A stretch of 12,979 bases of DNA from Octopus sinensis (Eukaryota): positions 1 through 12,979 of the forward strand of contig NW_021826324.1 of NCBI RefSeq assembly GCF_006345805.1. Reading direction: 5' to 3'. Positions 8,294 to 12,979 of this stretch are shown here, one piece after another. Each line of letters opens with the position of its first letter. Positions within the stretch are counted from its first letter, which is position 1. The position numbers and the translations under genes are program-made. A model generated the notes under the pieces. It saw only the letters and a list, made by a program, of their open reading frames with translations, did not search any database and was not told the DNA's origin.

Positions 8294-9845
8294 ACATATA
8301 TTACTATATCTTTCTCTGCATACTCTTATTAATCTCTCTCTCCCTCGCCATTTCCCTCTTCCTCTTTCTCTCTTTCTCTCTTCCTCTCTCTCTCTCTCTT
8401 TATCTCTCTCGCTTCCTCTCTCTCTCTCTCCGCCCTCCTGTTTACATCTCTATTCCTGGAAGGCGATTTCTTTCTCCTTGCTCTCACTCTCTTTACTTTC
8501 TCCCGCTTTTACTTTTGAATAACTTTAAACGGAAGTAGAACAGAAAGATTAAAACTCTCTCCCCCCCTCTCTCTCTGCCTCTTTCCATTTATCTATCTTT
8601 CTATCATATTTCATCATTTCTCCCTTGTCATCTATTTCTTTCTTTTCTTGTCTACAAAAATATTCAACTTCTGCATTTACTAATCCCTTTTCTCTCACTC
8701 TCCCCTCTCACTCTCTCCTCTCTCACTCTCTCCTCTCTCACTCTCTTCCCCCTCTCTTCTCTTTATATCAATTCTCTTTAAACTTTTGATAAATTAATTT
8801 TATTCTCTTTCTTATCTTTCTCTCAACTCTGTATCTTTTACCTCTCTCTTTCTCCCTCTTATTCTTTATTCATCCATTCTCTCTTTTCTCTTTGACTGTA
8901 TCTTTTACTCTTTTACCTCTGCTGCTCCCCCTCCCTCTTCTCTCTCTCTCTTTCATTCAGTTCCTCTCTGGTCTTCCTTCTCTTTCTCTCTCTCTCATGT
9001 TTCTATATACTTTCTTTCTCCCCTTCTTTCTTTAGTTGCTCATCCTTCTCCACTTATTGCTCTACCACTAACTCCTCCCCTTCCTCATACTGCTATTTCT
9101 CTCCCCCCTTTCACATTGCTTTCTTTCTCCTTCCTACTGTCTCTTGCCTTCGCCTCCATCGCCTCATTCCCTCTTGTCCTCCTCCATCCATCTACTCTCA
9201 CTCCCTTCAACGCCTCCCTTATTCATATTGCTGTTACTGCTACTTTTATTATTGCTACTATCGTACTATACCTACTGCTACTACTACTATCTACCTTTAC
9301 CTCCGCTTTTACTGCTACTACCATACCTAATCCAACTCCTACTACCCCTTCTTCCGTCATGACTTTCGTCTCTCATCTACTTTAGCAGTATAACCTCTAC
9401 TCTTACTCCTCCTCCTACCCCTCCCTTTCCTTTCTTAATTCCTCTTCCTTCACTTTTTCTACCTCCAGCTCCTCCTCATTCTTCTCCTAATTTCGTCCTT
9501 ATGTTATCCTCCTTCTTCCCCTTCCATTACATCTGTTCCTCCTCCTCTGCTTTCCTATCTCACTCTGCCTCACGCTCTCAATATCTCTCTCTCTGTCTCT
9601 TTCTATCTGCCTCTCTCCTATGAAGCTGTTAATCCTCCTCCTCCCTTGCCTCCATTCAACTGCTGTTTCTCTACTCCTACTTTTGCCTCCTCCTCCTTCC
9701 TCGGCACGATGCACCGTTATTTCTTTGCTTCCTCCCCTCTCCTCTTCCAAACGCATCTGTACTGCTGTTACTCCCTCTCCTACTTCTACTCCTCCTCTCA
9801 CTCCTGACGTCGACCATTCTCTTCCTCCCCCTCTCTCTCTACCGT
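8200..9845. repeat. Long pyrimidine-rich low-complexity block: (CT)n grading into degenerate (CTA/CTG/CCT)n
   Basis: The + strand is almost entirely C/T, with (CT)n runs at 8260-8292, 8380-8430 and elsewhere. Trinucleotide-like repeats follow from ~9230. Confidence 0.9.
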
Positions 9846-10109
9846 AACATTCTCATGCAATGGTAAACGAAAACCTGGAGACACGCAAAAACATGCATCT
9901 AAAGTACACAGATACACGCGCACATTTAGACATAAACGCAAACCAACCAACAAACAAACAAAATACACACGCAGTGAGCCAACAAAAGGATCATCTATGT
10001 CACGCAGTCTACTAGAAATAGCAACAAAATCCCTCTTCAACTGTTAAAAATGTCAGCCGAACTGAGCGTGATTTTCACATAACTAAATAGAACTTGGTAA
10101 AAATTTTAA

Positions 10110-10237
10110 ACTTTACCTTTCACCCTTTCGGAGGCCGATAAATTAAGTACCAGTTACGCACTGGGGTCGATGTAATCGACTCATTCCCTTGTTTGTCCCC
10201 TCTGTGTGTAACCCCTTGTGGGCAGTAAAGAAATAAG
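10110..10237 (+). mobile_element. SINE, family 2 (octopod OR-type) core and 3' end
   Basis: Matches the reverse complement of 4167-4319, including ccagttacgcactggggtcgatgtaatcgact and ccccttgtgggcagtaaagaaata. Confidence 0.88.
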
Positions 10238-10555
10238 AAATTTTAAAACGTTTGCTGCTTTTTTTTTTTGTTATTGTTGTTTGTTTGTTTTTTGTTTGTG
10301 TTTGTTTTCTTGTCTTTTAATCAGTTGCTTGGTTTGTGCTATACGTTATATTGGGCTTCCAGATAATTTCGATGATTTTATTTATTTATTATTTTCTTTT
10401 TTTTTTTGCTTTTACTTGTTTTGATTTTTCTGTACGTGGGGTCTCCATTGTCATATGACTGAAAAGTGGTGATATTTATTCAAATTTCAAACGCAATGAA
10501 CAAAAGCTGTAAAGAAAGAGTAGAACTACAAAAAAAAAAATTTTTTTTTACTGTT

Positions 10556-10727
10556 ATCGTGGCTGTGTGGTAAGAAGTTTGCTTCCAAGCCACATGGTTC
10601 CGGGTTCAGTTCCATTGCGTGGCACTTTGGGGAAGTGTGTTTGACTATAGCATTGGACCAGCCAAAGTCTTGTGAGTGGATCTGGTGGACAGAAACCGAA
10701 AGAAGCTCGTGGTGTATGTTTGTGTGT

Positions 10728-10761
<34 letters not shown>

Positions 10762-10958
10762 TATGTGTGTGTGTCCGTGTGTGTGTGTGTGTGTATGTGT
10801 GTGTGTCCGTGTGTGGTGTGTGTGTGTGTGTCCGTGTGAGTGTGTGTGCTTGCATGTCTGTGTTTGTCCCCACCACCACTTGACAACCGGTGCTGAGGTG
10901 TTTACGTCCCCTAACTTAGCGGTTCGACAAAAGATGCTGAAGGATTAAGTAACAGGCT
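10556..10958 (+). mobile_element. Near full-length tRNA-derived SINE, family 1 (octopod OK/OR-type), with internal (TG)n; 3' end truncated
   Basis: A-box-like TGGCTGTGTGG at 10560-10570 and B-box-like GGTTCAGTTCC at 10603-10613. The body is homologous to 719-845 and 12026-12145. Internal (TG)n runs ~10712-10860, followed by gtttgtccccacc...cttagcggttcgacaaaag. The family name is from recall, not from a search. Confidence 0.88.
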
Positions 10959-10959
10959 G

Positions 10960-11030
10960 GTACGTATACTACCGCTTTCTTTTTGCCGAACCGTTATATT
11001 CACACACGCGCGCACACACACACACACACG
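10960..11030 (-). mobile_element. Short inverted fragment of the same SINE family (3' part plus internal (CA)n)
   Basis: ttttgccgaaccg (10981-10993) is the reverse complement of cggttcgacaaaa (10920-10932) with one mismatch. It is followed by (CA)n, as expected for the internal (TG)n on the opposite strand. Confidence 0.55.
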
Positions 11031-11034
11031 TACA

Positions 11035-11540
11035 AAGCTCTTCACCACATGTCTCGAGATGGTTATGAAGGACATCAACTGGACAGGTGGCGTGAGCAGC
11101 TAACACCCTCACCACCACCACCGATTCGCAGATGACGTTGTACTCATCGCTGAAACCACAGACCACCTTCAGGCCATGCTGACAGTGCTGGACACTCAGA
11201 GCTTAGCCTTAAAATGAATTACATGAAAACAAAATATATGTGGCCAGAAGGCGTAGCAGAAGGTCGAACAGGAGTGGGAAACAACGAAACTGAGGAGGTG
11301 AAGGAGTACGTCTACCGAGGACACACAGCGAATATGCGCTTAGATATGGATGCTGAAATCCCAAAGAGAATAAGGGCAGGATGGAAGGCTCTTAACCCAA
11401 TAAAGGATGTGATCCAAACCAATCTAGACAATGTTATACGTGCCAGACTCTTCGATAACACCGTCCTAGCTGCACTCTTATACCCAAGTGGGACGTGGGC
11501 TGTTATGAAGAGGATAGAACATCGCTTGGCTGGGAATGAC
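11035..11540 (+). mobile_element. RTE-clade non-LTR retrotransposon reverse-transcriptase fragment (pseudogenised)
   Basis: Translation: KLFTTCLEMVMKDINW...RFADDVVLIAETTDHLQAML (FADD at 11125-11136). After a frameshift it reads LKMNYMKTKYM...EEVKEYVYRGH...EIPKRIRAGWKA...RARLFDNTVLAALLYPSGTW. These are typical RTE motifs (FADD, KTK, EYVYLG, I..RI..GW.AF, LYxSETW). Confidence 0.88.
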
Positions 11541-11583
11541 CACTTGGAAGATGCGAAAGCGATTTAGTCGAGTAATTTGGGTC

Positions 11584-11853
11584 ACGCTAAGAGTTGCTGA
11601 AGCATGGAACAAACTGCCGGCATCAGTTGTTAGTTGTCGGAGCACTGCATCCTTCAAAACTTCCATGCTTCCTGAGATTCGCCAATACTACACCTGATTT
11701 TCTCCCCTCCATACACACGCAGGCATGTATCTGACTCATACACTGTTCGCTTTCCAGACATTAGTACATTAATGCATGTACTTTATACGCACTTTTTTGA
11801 CAAGTTGTGGTGCACTTGAGCACTGTATACAATAATTTCATTATTATTATTAT
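11584..11853 (+). mobile_element. 3' end of a CR1-type LINE: ORF2 C-terminus, 3' UTR and (ATT)n tail
   Basis: 11584-11697 translates as TLRVAEAWNKLPASVVSCRSTASFKTSMLPEIRQYYT*, matching the CR1-type motif F.xRV..xWNxLP..VV.a.s..xFK. It is followed by ~140 nt ending tgagcactgtatacaataatttcattattattattat. Confidence 0.8.
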
Positions 11854-11937
11854 AAGAATGGCACAATCAAGATAATTAGAAGCGCACTGTGACCAGCGGT
11901 GTGTAACAACATCTGATAGTCTGTGATACATATATAG

Positions 11938-12022
11938 ATACGTACGTACATACATACATACATACATACATACATACATACATACATACAAACAAGCATG
12001 CATGCGCACACACACACACATA
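11938..12022. repeat. (TACA)n/(CA)n microsatellite, probably the internal repeat of the adjacent minus-strand SINE
   Basis: Read directly; abuts the SINE at 12026. Confidence 0.9.
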
Positions 12023-12025
12023 CTC

Positions 12026-12145
12026 AACTTGATCCACTCATAAGGATCAAAACTACAGTAGAAGACACTTTACCCAAGGTGCCACGCAGTGGGACTGAAC
12101 CCGGAACCATATGGTTGGGAAGTAAACCTCATACCACACAGCCAC
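12026..12145 (-). mobile_element. tRNA-derived SINE head, family 1, with internal deletions
   Basis: The reverse complement reads gTGGCTGTGTGGtatgaggtttacttcccaaccatatggttccgGGTTCAGTCCCactgcgtggcaccttggg..., roughly 80-85% identical by eye to 10559-10650. Confidence 0.88.
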
Positions 12146-12230
12146 AACTTCACAGTTTTGTGTAAAGAACCTTCAAGAGAAATCAGACACGGCGTAATCA
12201 CTTTTCTTTTCTGTTTTTTTTTTTGTCAAG

Positions 12231-12374
12231 ATTCAAGGAAGAAAGAAAGAAAGCAAGAAAGAAAGAAAGCTAACTTCAAACCGGAAACTTGTCTTCAATG
12301 GCTACAACAGAATGGATTCTGCTAAAAAAACAAATAATGTGAAAAGATCTGGAATAAAAATTGCAAAGCATCAG
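12231..12374 (+). other. Candidate cryptic or real spliced exon (144 nt, phase 0-0)
   Basis: A polypyrimidine tract plus AG lies at 12201-12230. The frame is open (IQGRKKESKKERKLTSNRKLVFNGYNRMDSAKKTNNVKRSGIKIAKHQ) and the donor is CAG|GTGCGA. I recognise no homology. Confidence 0.2.
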
Positions 12375-12774
12375 GTGCGACTTTCTTATCCAGGTTGTCA
12401 AATATATATTAATATAACGGGCCCTTAGATATTCCGGGTTGGTGTCCGGCGTGCTAGAAAACCACTGGGTGTGAGACACCTGTTAGCATTTCTTAAAGCA
12501 TGTGTCATGGAGGTCACTCACATATAAAACAGAATGTGGAGTGTATAGCATTGGAGATGTTTCACTTGCGCTTCAGATCATGGAGCTTGCACATTCCTGA
12601 GATTTCAAAGGTGGTGCAGAAGGGCACTGACGGTGAGCATGGACGCCAAGGACCCGAACCCAGGTCCCGGTGAAGGCGACCGCAGGGGAAACAACTTTTT
12701 GCTCATGCATTGCTAGCATTTTGCTTGGACAGTGGTCAGTGATGGTCTTCGTCGTGCAGGAGTTGGCTGTCATC

Positions 12775-12802
12775 ATATATATGTGTGTGCGTATGTGTGT
12801 GC

Positions 12803-12878
<76 letters not shown>

Positions 12879-12935
12879 AATACATATACACATACATACT
12901 ATATACACACACACAGACACAGACATACATATATG
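12775..12935. repeat. Compound (TA)n/(TG)n/(CA)n microsatellite
   Basis: Read directly. Confidence 0.95.
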
Positions 12936-12979
12936 CGTACGAGTATAATATGGGTCAGTATGAATAATTATCTCTGTAT

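Noticed and set aside
7984-9847. Long Leu/Ser/Pro-rich ORFs that look like membrane or signal-peptide proteins
   Set aside because: Pyrimidine-only low-complexity DNA lacks stop codons by composition; there is no domain signal.
10560-10630. tRNA-like A and B boxes
   Set aside because: They belong to a SINE head repeated in the window; no complete cloverleaf is evident, so this is not called a tRNA gene.
11855-11925. Segment resembling another octopus interspersed repeat end
   Set aside because: The resemblance is from memory only; there is no second copy or structural support within the window.
1-12979. CRISPR-like array, defence system or prokaryotic operon
   Set aside because: There are no regularly spaced repeat-spacer units and no gene-dense organisation; the sequence is eukaryotic repeat-rich DNA. 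The spaced (TAA)n blocks are retrotransposon junctions.

Overview
This is AT-rich, repeat-saturated eukaryotic non-coding DNA. It is most likely from an octopus (Octopus/Octopodidae), inferred from recalled octopod SINE families and the extreme microsatellite density. No intact host gene is recognisable, and almost all ORFs in the supplied track are translated simple repeats or antisense shadows. The real content is a layered set of transposable-element remnants: (1) the 3' end of a CR1/L2-group LINE at the window start; (2) a ~300-bp MITE with ~61-bp TIRs; (3) a decayed Tc1-family transposon, probably DD37E/TRT, with one terminus preserved and a SINE inserted with a 9-bp TSD beside its catalytic Asp; (4) two different 5'-truncated R4/Dong-clade restriction-like-endonuclease retrotransposons stacked head-to-tail in (TAA)n arrays; (5) an RTE reverse-transcriptase fragment fused to a CR1-type 3' end; (6) several tRNA-derived SINE copies; and (7) a ~1.8-kb polypyrimidine block. 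One weak candidate exon lies at 12231-12374. I see no convincing new biological system. The most notable signals are the microsatellite-targeted R4/Dong stack, the probable DD37E element and the nested insertion history.
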